From assembly GCA_964559915.1 (NCBI GenBank), contig CAZLJP010000003.1, forward strand, positions 17,870 to 81,869: 64,000 nt of DNA, written 5' to 3'. The position numbers and the translations under genes were made by a program. This document shows, one piece after another, positions 28,459-36,434 of the stretch (its first letter is position 1; every line of letters begins with the position of its first letter). The notes beneath the pieces were generated by a model, which had not been told where the DNA came from, searched no databases, and saw nothing but the letters and a program-made list of their open reading frames with translations. This stretch comes from an uncultured Candidatus Saccharibacteria bacterium. Lineage in GTDB: Bacteria; Patescibacteriota; Saccharimonadia; Saccharimonadales; JALRHH01.

Positions 28459-29112
28459 ATGTTCAAGGTTGATTTACACACTCACTCCAGCGCCTCTCCG
28501 GACGGTGGCATCACCGTCACACAGTATCAACAAGCACTGGAGCGCGGTGTGGTTGATGTTGTGGCCATAACCGACCACAACACTATTGCATTGGCTCAGA
28601 CTCTGCATCAACAGCTAGGCGACAAAATTATCGTCGGCGAGGAAATTATGACTACGCACGGCGAGATTATTGGCCTGTTTTTAGATGAAGTTATCCCTGG
28701 TGGCCTGAGTCCCGAGGACACAATTCGCCGTATCAAAGACCAGCATGGACTGGTCTACATTCCGCACCCTTTTGAGACAGTCCGCAAAGGCATATCTCCA
28801 CAGACCCTAGAAAGTATTGCTGACTATGTCGATATTATTGAGGTCTGTAATGGACGGGCGTTCCTGCAGAATCGTTCGTCGCAAACTGTGGTGTGGTCAC
28901 GTCTCAACAATGTGCCAGGTGCTGCTAGTAGTGATGCACATGGCGTCAAAGGCCTTGGCCGTACCTATACCGATGTAGAGGACGTACCTACTCGTGACAC
29001 ACTTACAAGCTTACTCGACAAGAGCGTGCTCAGGACCGGCCAGCCAACTATACAAGCATTGTTGTATCCTAAATATCACCGCCTTCGTAAGCGCATTGGA
29101 GGTCAGCGATGA
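28459..29112 (+). CDS. PHP-domain phosphoesterase
   Basis: DLHTHSSASPDG, ITDHN, SDAHG metal-binding motifs. Starts 2 nt after the upstream stop. Confidence 0.8.
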   Translation: MFKVDLHTHSSASPDGGITVTQYQQALERGVVDVVAITDHNTIALAQTLHQQLGDKIIVGEEIMTTHGEIIGLFLDEVIPGGLSPEDTIRRIKDQHGLVYIPHPFETVRKGISPQTLESIADYVDIIEVCNGRAFLQNRSSQTVVWSRLNNVPGAASSDAHGVKGLGRTYTDVEDVPTRDTLTSLLDKSVLRTGQPTIQALLYPKYHRLRKRIGGQR

Positions 29113-29612
29113 CATTGGAACATGCACTCTATGCACTGCTCTTTTTCCTGCCTGCCGGCGTGGCTAACATGACACCGATTTTTGCCAGCCGTGTGCCATT
29201 GCTACGCAACTGGCAAACACCCCTCGACTTTGGTAAAACTTATCGTGGTAAGCGCATTTTTGGGCGTAATAAGACGTGGCGCGGACTGATATTTGGCACT
29301 CTTATGGGGGCTCTTATTGGCACACTGCTACTCTCAACTGATAACTTCTGGATATCTGCCAGCATGGGCTTTGGTGCCCTACTAGGTGATGCCATAGAAA
29401 GCTTCTTCAAACGTCAGCGTGGTATCGAGTCCGGTAAGGCCTGGTTCCCGTTTGATCAAACTGATTATATTATTGGTGGCTTAATATTCACTTTGCCGTT
29501 CGGCGTATTGCCACTTTGGCTAGTAATTTGGGTATGTATTATTTACTTCGGTCTACACCTGCTGAGTAGCTACGTTGGCTATCTGCTGGGCTTTAAAGAC
29601 CAGCCCATCTAG
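29109..29612 (+). CDS. CarS-like (CDP-archaeol synthase family / DUF46) membrane cytidylyltransferase
   Basis: 167-aa membrane protein with KTWRG and GDAIESFFKRQ..FPFDQTDY. Resembles the CarS family from memory. 4-nt overlap with the PHP gene. Confidence 0.6.
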   Translation: MTLEHALYALLFFLPAGVANMTPIFASRVPLLRNWQTPLDFGKTYRGKRIFGRNKTWRGLIFGTLMGALIGTLLLSTDNFWISASMGFGALLGDAIESFFKRQRGIESGKAWFPFDQTDYIIGGLIFTLPFGVLPLWLVIWVCIIYFGLHLLSSYVGYLLGFKDQPI

Positions 29613-30312
29613 GAGCCGCAACCAGCGCTTCCGTACCCAGAGCATGGGCTAATTCTTGTCTACTCAATTGTTCGAACCATGTACCATATTGCGAAGGCAT
29701 AACTTCAAGTGCCTGGATTTTACAATTAATATAGGCCGGTTCTAGGTGCACTAAAACATCACAGGCTGACTCCGAAACAAAGCTTGGCTTATTAGTTGCA
29801 AAGTAAATATTAAATAATTCGTCTAACGACTTGAGATGCGCATCATATGCTTCCTTGGTATGCACAGCAAAATAGATTGGCAGATTTTGCTGCGCGGCGG
29901 CCAATTGAGCCCAACGCGAAACCGCCTGATGGTCAGGGTGTCCGGTCAGTCCATCGGGAGCAAAAGTCACAATGGTATCGGGCTGATACTGGTTAATCAG
30001 CACTACGAGTTTTGCCACTGCTTCAGCTTCGTTTACTTCGGCACATGCACCATCTTGATATCCCAGATACTGCTGCTCTGATACGCCTAATATATTGAGC
30101 GCACTAACGAGTTCCTGTGTGCGAATCTCGGCTAGATTATCACCTTTGCCGCCTTTTTCACCGCGCGTTGCGGTTACGCAAATAGTTTGCTGGCCGGCAT
30201 CTGCCGCCATGGCCAACAGACCCCCTATCGTGAATGTCTCATCATCAGGATGAGCCCAAATGCCCAGAATGGTTCCCAGCTGACTAGTGTTTGAGTTACT
30301 CATCAAGTGCAA
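29593..30312 (-). CDS. PIG-L/LmbE-family deacetylase
   Basis: AHPDDETF and GHPDH zinc-site motifs. Convergent 20-nt overlap with the CarS-like gene. Confidence 0.8.
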   Translation of the reverse strand: MHLMSNSNTSQLGTILGIWAHPDDETFTIGGLLAMAADAGQQTICVTATRGEKGGKGDNLAEIRTQELVSALNILGVSEQQYLGYQDGACAEVNEAEAVAKLVVLINQYQPDTIVTFAPDGLTGHPDHQAVSRWAQLAAAQQNLPIYFAVHTKEAYDAHLKSLDELFNIYFATNKPSFVSESACDVLVHLEPAYINCKIQALEVMPSQYGTWFEQLSRQELAHALGTEALVAAPRWAGL

Positions 30313-31327
30313 GTTTGAACTTTTCTACCAAATCAACTGGCGTGGGGTTTACGCCATTCAAGAGCGCAACATAGATACTCGTGAAGTCTGCAAACACTGC
30401 CGTCCAGAGCAGTTGCTGCAACAGTGTGTCGCCATGAGGCGTAATAATTTCAGGACTAGGGCGTAGGCCAGATAATAGTCGCTCAGAAACTTGAAATCGC
30501 TTCTGGACTCGTGCGTGCTCTAAGTTAGAACGAATTTCTACTACTGCGTATGGCTTATCTGTTGGGTGGCTACTCCAGCCAATGAATTCATTATGATTGA
30601 GTTCGGGATACTGATTAACCCAGGCTACGTTCTTGGCATTTTCATTCAGACAAATTTTGAATTTATTAGCGACAGGAAACAGTTTGGGGCCACTATAGAC
30701 CACAACGGATTTACCCATGAGCTCGAGCGCCAGTTGCTTGGCGGGGTTCTTGGCAGTTGGAACATCTGCTTTCCAATCAACTGTTTGTGTAGCAAGCCAC
30801 TCACCTGCCTTGCTTAGCTCTTCGGCTGAACCAGCTGGTACGAGTCCCTGTGGCTCAAGCAATTGTACGAATGCAGCTAGGAAGTAAAACGATGACATAC
30901 GCGGCTGGATACCACTCGGAATGCTAAATAATAAGTATTTCTTCTCTATGGCGTGCTCAGCCAATTTGCCACCGGCGGCTATCACGACAATTCGTGCACC
31001 CCGCGCTTCTGCCTGGGCCAACGCCGATAATGTTTCTTCTGTATTGCCTGAGTAGCTGGATGAAATAAATAATGTGTTCTCATCTACATACGCCGGTATG
31101 TCGTAATCACGAACAATTTCAAGTGGTAAGGTCGTAGTGGGCCATGACTTAAGGAACACTGCTGGTAATGCCGAACCACCCATGCCCGCCAACACAATAT
31201 TCTGAAGTCCTTGTGGCTGCGGCACGCTCGCTTGGTAGTCGTAGACCAATTGTTGGTATTGTTTCTCGGCCACGCCTAGTGCATCTTGTGCGTCTCTGTC
31301 ATGGATATACTTTAGGTCGTCCAGCAT
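30296..31327 (-). CDS. Bifunctional phosphoglucose/phosphomannose isomerase (SIS type)
   Basis: GMGGSALPA SIS motif. Start moved from the TTG at 31381 to ATG 31325-31327 (MLDDLKYI, GAGGGA upstream). Confidence 0.75.
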   Translation of the reverse strand: MLDDLKYIHDRDAQDALGVAEKQYQQLVYDYQASVPQPQGLQNIVLAGMGGSALPAVFLKSWPTTTLPLEIVRDYDIPAYVDENTLFISSSYSGNTEETLSALAQAEARGARIVVIAAGGKLAEHAIEKKYLLFSIPSGIQPRMSSFYFLAAFVQLLEPQGLVPAGSAEELSKAGEWLATQTVDWKADVPTAKNPAKQLALELMGKSVVVYSGPKLFPVANKFKICLNENAKNVAWVNQYPELNHNEFIGWSSHPTDKPYAVVEIRSNLEHARVQKRFQVSERLLSGLRPSPEIITPHGDTLLQQLLWTAVFADFTSIYVALLNGVNPTPVDLVEKFKLALDE

Positions 31328-31434
31328 TGTTCCCTCGTCGATTACGTAATTAGCCCTATTATACCTTGCTTGGAGAGGCAAAACCGCTTATGCTGTACAT
31401 AATACATTTAGAGTCTAAATCACGAGGGGGTGGG

Positions 31435-31968
31435 ATGAACGACGACCAACAGCAAACAGATGCTGCAAACGACACATACGATCAGTTATTTAATACGACA
31501 CCGTCTGCGCCGGCACCTGGAGCACCAGCTGGGCCAATCAGCCAGGATGACGCGCCAATGGCCAGCGCACCTGAAGCACCAGCTGCAGATGACCCAACTA
31601 ATTTGGATGTTGAATCAACAGCAGCCAGCTTTGGTCCTGTTACTACACCGGTATCCGACACCTCTGAATCAACAGCAGTGAACGTGGAAACCCCTACTGC
31701 TACAGCCCCGGATAGTGACGATTTACTCGAGATAAAACAAGATGCCTTACATGAATTATCACCACTAATAGACCAGCTCGAGCAATCACCAGAGGAAAAA
31801 TTCCGCACCACAATGATGTTGATTCAAGCCTCTGATGACCACAGCCTTATCAAGGCAGCTTACGAGGCCGCCAAGCAAATCACCGATGAGAAAGCCCGTG
31901 CTCAAGCACTCCTAGACGTCGTCAACGAAATAAATTATTTTACTCAACAAAGTTCAAACCAGAGCTAA
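31435..31968 (+). CDS. Hypothetical acidic protein (177 aa)
   Basis: Start set at MNDDQQQ (GAGGGGG RBS). Disordered acidic N-terminal half, helical C-terminal half. Confidence 0.5.
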   Translation: MNDDQQQTDAANDTYDQLFNTTPSAPAPGAPAGPISQDDAPMASAPEAPAADDPTNLDVESTAASFGPVTTPVSDTSESTAVNVETPTATAPDSDDLLEIKQDALHELSPLIDQLEQSPEEKFRTTMMLIQASDDHSLIKAAYEAAKQITDEKARAQALLDVVNEINYFTQQSSNQS

Positions 31969-32321
31969 TTCTCTGGCCGGTATACATACTCAACTGTAGG
32001 CTGACCATCTGTCTGTGGCTGCGCCGGCACAACAATACGCTGTGGCTTTGTGGCATGATGCACAACCGTCTGCTGCGTATTGCGCAGTTCTGCTTCTAGA
32101 TTAATCAGTCGCGCCTCTAGTGCTACGACGCGCCGTGATAACTGTGACTGCTGATATTCACTCTGTTTTAGTAATTGCTGGCTCTGTTGGTGGAGATTAT
32201 TCAGTGTGCGGATTGTGTCTGCGATAACGGATATGTCCTGTTTTGTCACCATACGCTCCATAATGCGGTTTCGCGCAACCTCAACAATGTTTTGTACATC
32301 TTGCCGATTAGCTGGACCCAT
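31965..32321 (-). CDS. Hypothetical coiled-coil protein (118 aa)
   Basis: Gln/Leu heptad-like sequence. No motif. Confidence 0.45.
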   Translation of the reverse strand: MGPANRQDVQNIVEVARNRIMERMVTKQDISVIADTIRTLNNLHQQSQQLLKQSEYQQSQLSRRVVALEARLINLEAELRNTQQTVVHHATKPQRIVVPAQPQTDGQPTVEYVYRPEN

Positions 32322-32432
32322 TGGAACCCCCTTTGGTCTGGCTTATTTTGTGTTACCGACCTCTGTTCTCCGCTTGGTTTTTCTGAACACCTCCGTGTTC
32401 TGGCTGCAGTATAGCAGGCAAATATTAAGACA

Positions 32433-32454
32433 GGCTGTGAACTTTATCACAGCC
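32433..32454 (-). terminator. Hairpin downstream of the 131-aa gene
   Basis: GGCTGTG-(8 nt)-CACAGCC with a T-rich tract following on the minus strand. Confidence 0.45.
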
Positions 32455-32483
32455 CACTGTGAGAACTTTGGGTGAAATCGAGC

Positions 32484-32879
32484 CTAAAGTTCGTCGCCAG
32501 GGCCAGTATTGATAAGTTCGCTTGGACCTGTGTTCGGCGTAGTGGTTGGCTTAGGTGTTGTGGCGGTTGAAGTACTTGTTGATGGCGTCTGGCTCGTGTT
32601 AGTACTACTGGTCTTTGGGTTCTCGTTGGTACTTGTGTTGGTTTTATCCTGGACTGTCTGGACAGTGGCAGTAGGTGTGTTAGTACGGTGGAATACATGG
32701 CGATAAATCCAACGGCCACCGATGAACAGTACGACAGCAATGAGGATTGTCAGAATCAGCGTTGCGGCAGCCAAAAACCAGGCTGCACCAGTACGCTGGC
32801 GGCTTTCTGCCTGATAATAGTCACGGACTTCTTCTGGAAGTACACCGTTGTCTCGATTTCGACGCTTGAATAATGCCAT
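32484..32879 (-). CDS. Hypothetical membrane-anchored Thr/Ser/Pro-rich protein (131 aa)
   Basis: One TM (AAWFLAAATLILTILIAVVLFI) followed by a T/S/P/N low-complexity ectodomain. Confidence 0.5.
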   Translation of the reverse strand: MALFKRRNRDNGVLPEEVRDYYQAESRQRTGAAWFLAAATLILTILIAVVLFIGGRWIYRHVFHRTNTPTATVQTVQDKTNTSTNENPKTSSTNTSQTPSTSTSTATTPKPTTTPNTGPSELINTGPGDEL

Positions 32880-33099
32880 TGCTCAACACTCCTCTTGTTG
32901 CCTATACCGTACCAGATAAAAACATCTTTTGCAATATTCTAGGCAATACCGCTAGTGCTTAGACACTGTTCATTAAAAGGCAAATTGGAGTTCGAATTTA
33001 TTTCGAAACTCCAGTTTTCTAACCCAGGAAGGAGCAGCCGGAGTTTAGCTGGGCCAAACACCGCGCGTCGAGGAAACCTATCTCGGTTCCTTTGAAACC

Positions 33100-34740
33100 T
33101 TACATACCCAGGCCCATGCCCCCAGCACCTGGCATATCCGGAGCCTTTGGTTCAGGCACTTCTACCACGAGTGCACCCATGGTCATGGCGGTACCAGCAA
33201 TAGACACAGCGTTTTGAATAGCTTCTTTGGTAACACGGGCCGGGTCAACGACACCAGCGGTCTTTAAATCTACAATCGCGGTTGGTTCATTAACGTTTAC
33301 GCCCTGTCCTGGCTTGGCTTTGCGCACCAATGGTAGCCACTCGTCAGCATTGAGGCCAGAGTTACCCATCAGGATACGGAATGGTTGTTCAAGCGCGTTT
33401 TGCAGCAACTTATGACCCGCTGCAAACGTTTCGTCACCCTTGATTTTCAAACTATCAGCTAAGTTTACTAACGTTACGCCACCGCCCGGTACGATACCTT
33501 CATCCAGTGCTGCTTTGACAGCTGCAACGGCGTCATCTACACGATATTTCTTCTCTTCAATCTCGGTCTCAGTCACACCACCAACCTTGATGACAGCAAC
33601 TTTGCCAGACAACGCAGCACGACGCTGCTCGAGGTTTGCACGGTCGTACTCGCTTGTAGCGGCGTCAGCCTGGTTATTAATCTGGCCAATGCGTGCTTTT
33701 ACGTCTGCGGTGCTTCCGGCACCCTCGATAATGGTCGTTTCGTCCTTGCTGACAATGACCTTACGAGCGCTGCCCAGCAGATTTAGGTCGGCAGCTTCAA
33801 AGGTATAGCCTTGCTCTTCTGATATCACAGTCGCACCAGTTAAGGTCGCTATGTCATTCAGTACATCTTTGCGACGATCGCCAAATGATGGTGCCTTGAT
33901 GGCTACGGTATTAAATACGCCTTTTAGGCGGTTCAAAATCAACGTGCCCATGGCTTCGCCTTCTACGTCTTCGGCAATCAGCACGAGGTCTTTCTTGCCA
34001 GCTTGGGCAAGTTTTTCGAGGATTGGTAGGAACTCCTGGATAGAGGTTAGTTTCTTGTCGGTAATCAAAATAGCTGGCTTGTCATATACGGCTTCCATAC
34101 GAGCGGTATCGGTCACCATGTACGGGCTCACAAAGCCGCGGTCAAAGGTAAAGCCTTCTACGACTTCACTTTCCAACGCAAATCCCTGGCCTTCTTCTAC
34201 GGTGACCACACCATCTTTACCAACCTTGTCGATGATATCGGCAATCAGCTTGCCAATTTCGGCGTCACCAGCAGAGATAGTCGCTACTTCGGCCACGCGG
34301 CCCTTCTTTGCAGATACGTCCTCAGCAAGACCGCTGAGATTCTTGAGCACGTCTTGCGCAGCTGCTTCCAGACCTTTGCGCAGTAGCATTGGATTGTGAC
34401 CAGCGGCAATCAGCTTATTAGCTTCGTTCAAGATGTGATACGTCAGTACGGTTACAGTGGTTGTGCCATCGCCAGCAACATCGTTCATCTTATTAGCAGC
34501 TTGTTTAATGAGCTCGGCACCGACTTTGTAGCCTAGTGTTTCGTCATCTACGTCAGCAATATCCACACCTTTGGCTACCGTTACACCATCGTGTGTGACA
34601 GTTGGGTTACCGTAGCTCTTGCTAATAACCACATTTCGGCCTTTTGGACCCATGGTTGTCTTGACTGCGTTATATAGAATAGTTGCGCCGCCCAGGATGC
34701 GCTCACGGGCATCTGCATCGTAAAAAACTTTCTTAGCCAT
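33100..34740 (-). CDS. groL: Chaperonin GroEL
   Basis: 546 aa. AKKVFYDADAR, GPKGRNVV, GDGTTT and C-terminal GGMGLGM. Confidence 0.97.
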   Translation of the reverse strand: MAKKVFYDADARERILGGATILYNAVKTTMGPKGRNVVISKSYGNPTVTHDGVTVAKGVDIADVDDETLGYKVGAELIKQAANKMNDVAGDGTTTVTVLTYHILNEANKLIAAGHNPMLLRKGLEAAAQDVLKNLSGLAEDVSAKKGRVAEVATISAGDAEIGKLIADIIDKVGKDGVVTVEEGQGFALESEVVEGFTFDRGFVSPYMVTDTARMEAVYDKPAILITDKKLTSIQEFLPILEKLAQAGKKDLVLIAEDVEGEAMGTLILNRLKGVFNTVAIKAPSFGDRRKDVLNDIATLTGATVISEEQGYTFEAADLNLLGSARKVIVSKDETTIIEGAGSTADVKARIGQINNQADAATSEYDRANLEQRRAALSGKVAVIKVGGVTETEIEEKKYRVDDAVAAVKAALDEGIVPGGGVTLVNLADSLKIKGDETFAAGHKLLQNALEQPFRILMGNSGLNADEWLPLVRKAKPGQGVNVNEPTAIVDLKTAGVVDPARVTKEAIQNAVSIAGTAMTMGALVVEVPEPKAPDMPGAGGMGLGM

Positions 34741-35013
34741 TTACGCATCCACCTTTGCGAAGATGTTCTCTTCTTTAATAAGCAGGTAGTCAATGCCGGC
34801 ATGTTTAACTTCGGTATTACTGTAACCCCCGTAGATGATACGGTCACCAACTTTGATTTCCTTGATATCTTTACCTACTGCCAGAACCTTAGCAATCTTG
34901 GGCTGTTCTTGAGCTTGCGTTGGCAGATAAATACCACTTGCAGTCTTTTCCTCAGCTTTTTCTTGCTGTGCTACTACATAGTCAGCCAGAGGCTTAATCT
35001 TCGACATATCCAC
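34741..35013 (-). CDS. groES: Co-chaperonin GroES
   Basis: 90 aa. IKPLADYVVAQ and GIYLP mobile-loop region. Directly abuts groEL. Confidence 0.95.
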   Translation of the reverse strand: MDMSKIKPLADYVVAQQEKAEEKTASGIYLPTQAQEQPKIAKVLAVGKDIKEIKVGDRIIYGGYSNTEVKHAGIDYLLIKEENIFAKVDA

Positions 35014-35060
35014 TCCTCACTTAAACAATTGGTCGATAATTCTCGCAGTATCATCGACTT

Positions 35061-35087
35061 CTAGCACTCATGGTACCGGAGTGCTAA
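35061..35087. promoter_or_regulatory. CIRCE element (HrcA operator) upstream of groES
   Basis: CTAGCACTC-N9-GAGTGCTAA versus consensus TTAGCACTC-N9-GAGTGCTAA. Confidence 0.85.
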
Positions 35088-35101
35088 TTCCTCGTCAAGC
35101 G

Positions 35102-35779
35102 CTAGGTATAGAATGGTGGACGCACGTCATTGGTCTGAGGACGAAAGACATATTGGTGTAGCGCATGACTCAAAGCACCTACAGACATTTTGGGAGCAAG
35201 ACGACGTCTATAATCAACGCTATACAAATCGCCTTTTTCGTCGGGTTCTATGCTTGGAGTAATATCCTCTACTGAACGATACCGTATAAGCCCCTGCTTG
35301 TTGAGCAGGTAATAATATGGATGCCGCCTGCCGTGCCAAACCTCTAGAAACAGGTCATTTACACGGCCAGTCTCTGATTCAGTTGGGTTATTATCATCAG
35401 GCGTAACTGGTGCACGTAGAACAACCGCTTCAATCTTATCAACAACCGGGTGGCGGTATTTTGGGCCCATAACTATACGCTTATGTGGCATCGACACTTG
35501 CCCGCCTTCATGTGAATAATCAATTGCCGCATTACCAGCATCAAGTGGTTGATGAGCACTTCGTGCTGCATCCTGCAGCCCAATTTGATAAATCTGAGCG
35601 AGTTTTACTTGGTCATGCAAGTAGCCAAGCAAGTCCAATGCTAGGAGATGCTCGTGCTCTTCGTAAGGCATTTCGTATTCGTTTAAAAACTCACTCATAA
35701 CTGTGGTTATTTTATAATTTTTACCAATTTTAGTCAATACTATTGACTTCTTGTCAATTGGGCGTATGATTGCCTCCAT
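35102..35779 (-). CDS. Hypothetical protein (225 aa), divergent from the GC-rich gene
   Basis: Intact ATG ORF of window-typical composition. No recognisable motif. Confidence 0.5.
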   Translation of the reverse strand: MEAIIRPIDKKSIVLTKIGKNYKITTVMSEFLNEYEMPYEEHEHLLALDLLGYLHDQVKLAQIYQIGLQDAARSAHQPLDAGNAAIDYSHEGGQVSMPHKRIVMGPKYRHPVVDKIEAVVLRAPVTPDDNNPTESETGRVNDLFLEVWHGRRHPYYYLLNKQGLIRYRSVEDITPSIEPDEKGDLYSVDYRRRLAPKMSVGALSHALHQYVFRPQTNDVRPPFYT

Positions 35780-35835
35780 GGTTCGTCCATAAAGTTGTAC
35801 CTTTCACAACCCAACCCCTACCCTCAGGAGTAGAC

Positions 35836-36216
35836 ATGTCCGTACCCTTCAAGTGTGATTCACTCGGCAACATCGCCATGGTGGACGTCGTGCCCGACAA
35901 GCATGATGAAAACAAGCAGGAAATGCGCTACTTCGCGTGCGATTACATCCTCGACCACGAGACGCTCAAGAACATGCAGGCAATCGCCCGCACCATCGCC
36001 GGCATCGAAATCGTCGAGTACAGCAACCGCACCCTCGAGAACGGCAAGACCGCGGACTTCCGCATCGTCTTCCAGGCAGGAATCAAGGCGCCGCAGGCCA
36101 CACAGTCCAGCATCGACATGATGCGACGCGTGACCCGCAACCTCAACCTCCACTCCGCCCACGACCGCGGCAACATCGCCATGGCCATCAACAGCGAAGT
36201 GAGGCGCTTCGAGTAG
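35836..36216 (+). CDS. Hypothetical protein (126 aa) of foreign, high-GC3 composition
   Basis: ATG at 35836 with AGGAG 5 nt upstream. The ORF-track start at 35770 is likely an extension. 111 of 127 codons end in G/C by hand count, and shadow ORFs occur in several other frames. Confidence 0.6.
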   Translation: MSVPFKCDSLGNIAMVDVVPDKHDENKQEMRYFACDYILDHETLKNMQAIARTIAGIEIVEYSNRTLENGKTADFRIVFQAGIKAPQATQSSIDMMRRVTRNLNLHSAHDRGNIAMAINSEVRRFE

Positions 36217-36229
36217 GGGACACGGACCA

Positions 36230-36285
36230 GGGGTAGGTATCGCGCGATTGCGCCGATGAGTCGCTTCCAACGCGATACCTCCCCC
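36230..36285 (+). terminator. Long GC-rich hairpin just after the GC-rich gene
   Basis: GGGGTAGGTATCGCG (36230-36244) pairs with CGCGATACCTCCCCC (36271-36285), 14 of 15 bp. No U-tract. Confidence 0.4.
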
Positions 36286-36290
36286 GCTCC

Positions 36291-36361
36291 GGGCTTAGTT
36301 GGTCATATGACTTTGTCGAGGCTTATAGCTTCCAATCTCATATACAAACCCAGCTAAGCCC
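36291..36361 (+). other. Extended imperfect hairpin (~70 nt), function unknown
   Basis: 12-bp outer stem (36291-36302 with 36350-36361, one G-U), plus inner CATATGA/TCATATA and GGCT/AGCT pairings. Confidence 0.4.
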
Positions 36362-36381
36362 GAAACACACCATGTATTGAT

Positions 36382-36406
36382 AACAGCCAGCGGGCTGTTT
36401 TTTTGT
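36382..36406 (+). terminator. Intrinsic terminator 29 nt upstream of the amidinotransferase-like gene
   Basis: AACAGCC-AGCG-GGCTGTT followed by TTTTTGTGTCTTTTTTT. Confidence 0.75.
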
Positions 36407-36434
36407 GTCTTTTTTTGTACAATAGCCAGTAACA

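Noticed and set aside
33027-33039. GGAAGGAGCAGCC in the groEL-downstream spacer closely resembles the SRP RNA domain IV motif GGAAGGAAGCAGCC.
   Set aside because: The 5' flank (TTTTCTAACCCA) cannot supply the complementary GGU/UCC strand or the conserved 5' loop purines. The region is better explained by the groEL terminator hairpin (TGGAGTTCGAA..TTTCGAAACTCCA).
35812-36237. Short inverted match CCTACCC (left edge of the GC-rich cassette) versus GGGGTAGG (right edge), as possible terminal inverted repeats.
   Set aside because: It is only 7 nt, well within chance expectation. The right copy is already part of the strong local hairpin.
35855-36270. Five overlapping ORFs of 82-136 aa on both strands (35855-36121+, 35860-36270-, 35937-36236+, 35943-36191-, plus the 35770 extension). 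These could be read as an overprinted multi-gene module.
   Set aside because: All lie inside the high-GC block. Arg/Ala/Pro/His-rich translations and absence of RBSs are typical of stop-codon-poor shadow frames. Only the 35836-36216 frame has an RBS, strong third-position GC bias and a protein-like sequence.
36217-36410. Considered whether the small gene plus downstream structured RNA could be a retron ncRNA or a type III toxin-antitoxin locus.
   Set aside because: There is no reverse transcriptase nearby, no tandem repeats as in ToxI-type antitoxin RNAs, and no a1/a2-style flanking repeats. The structures are equally well explained as terminators or a leader.
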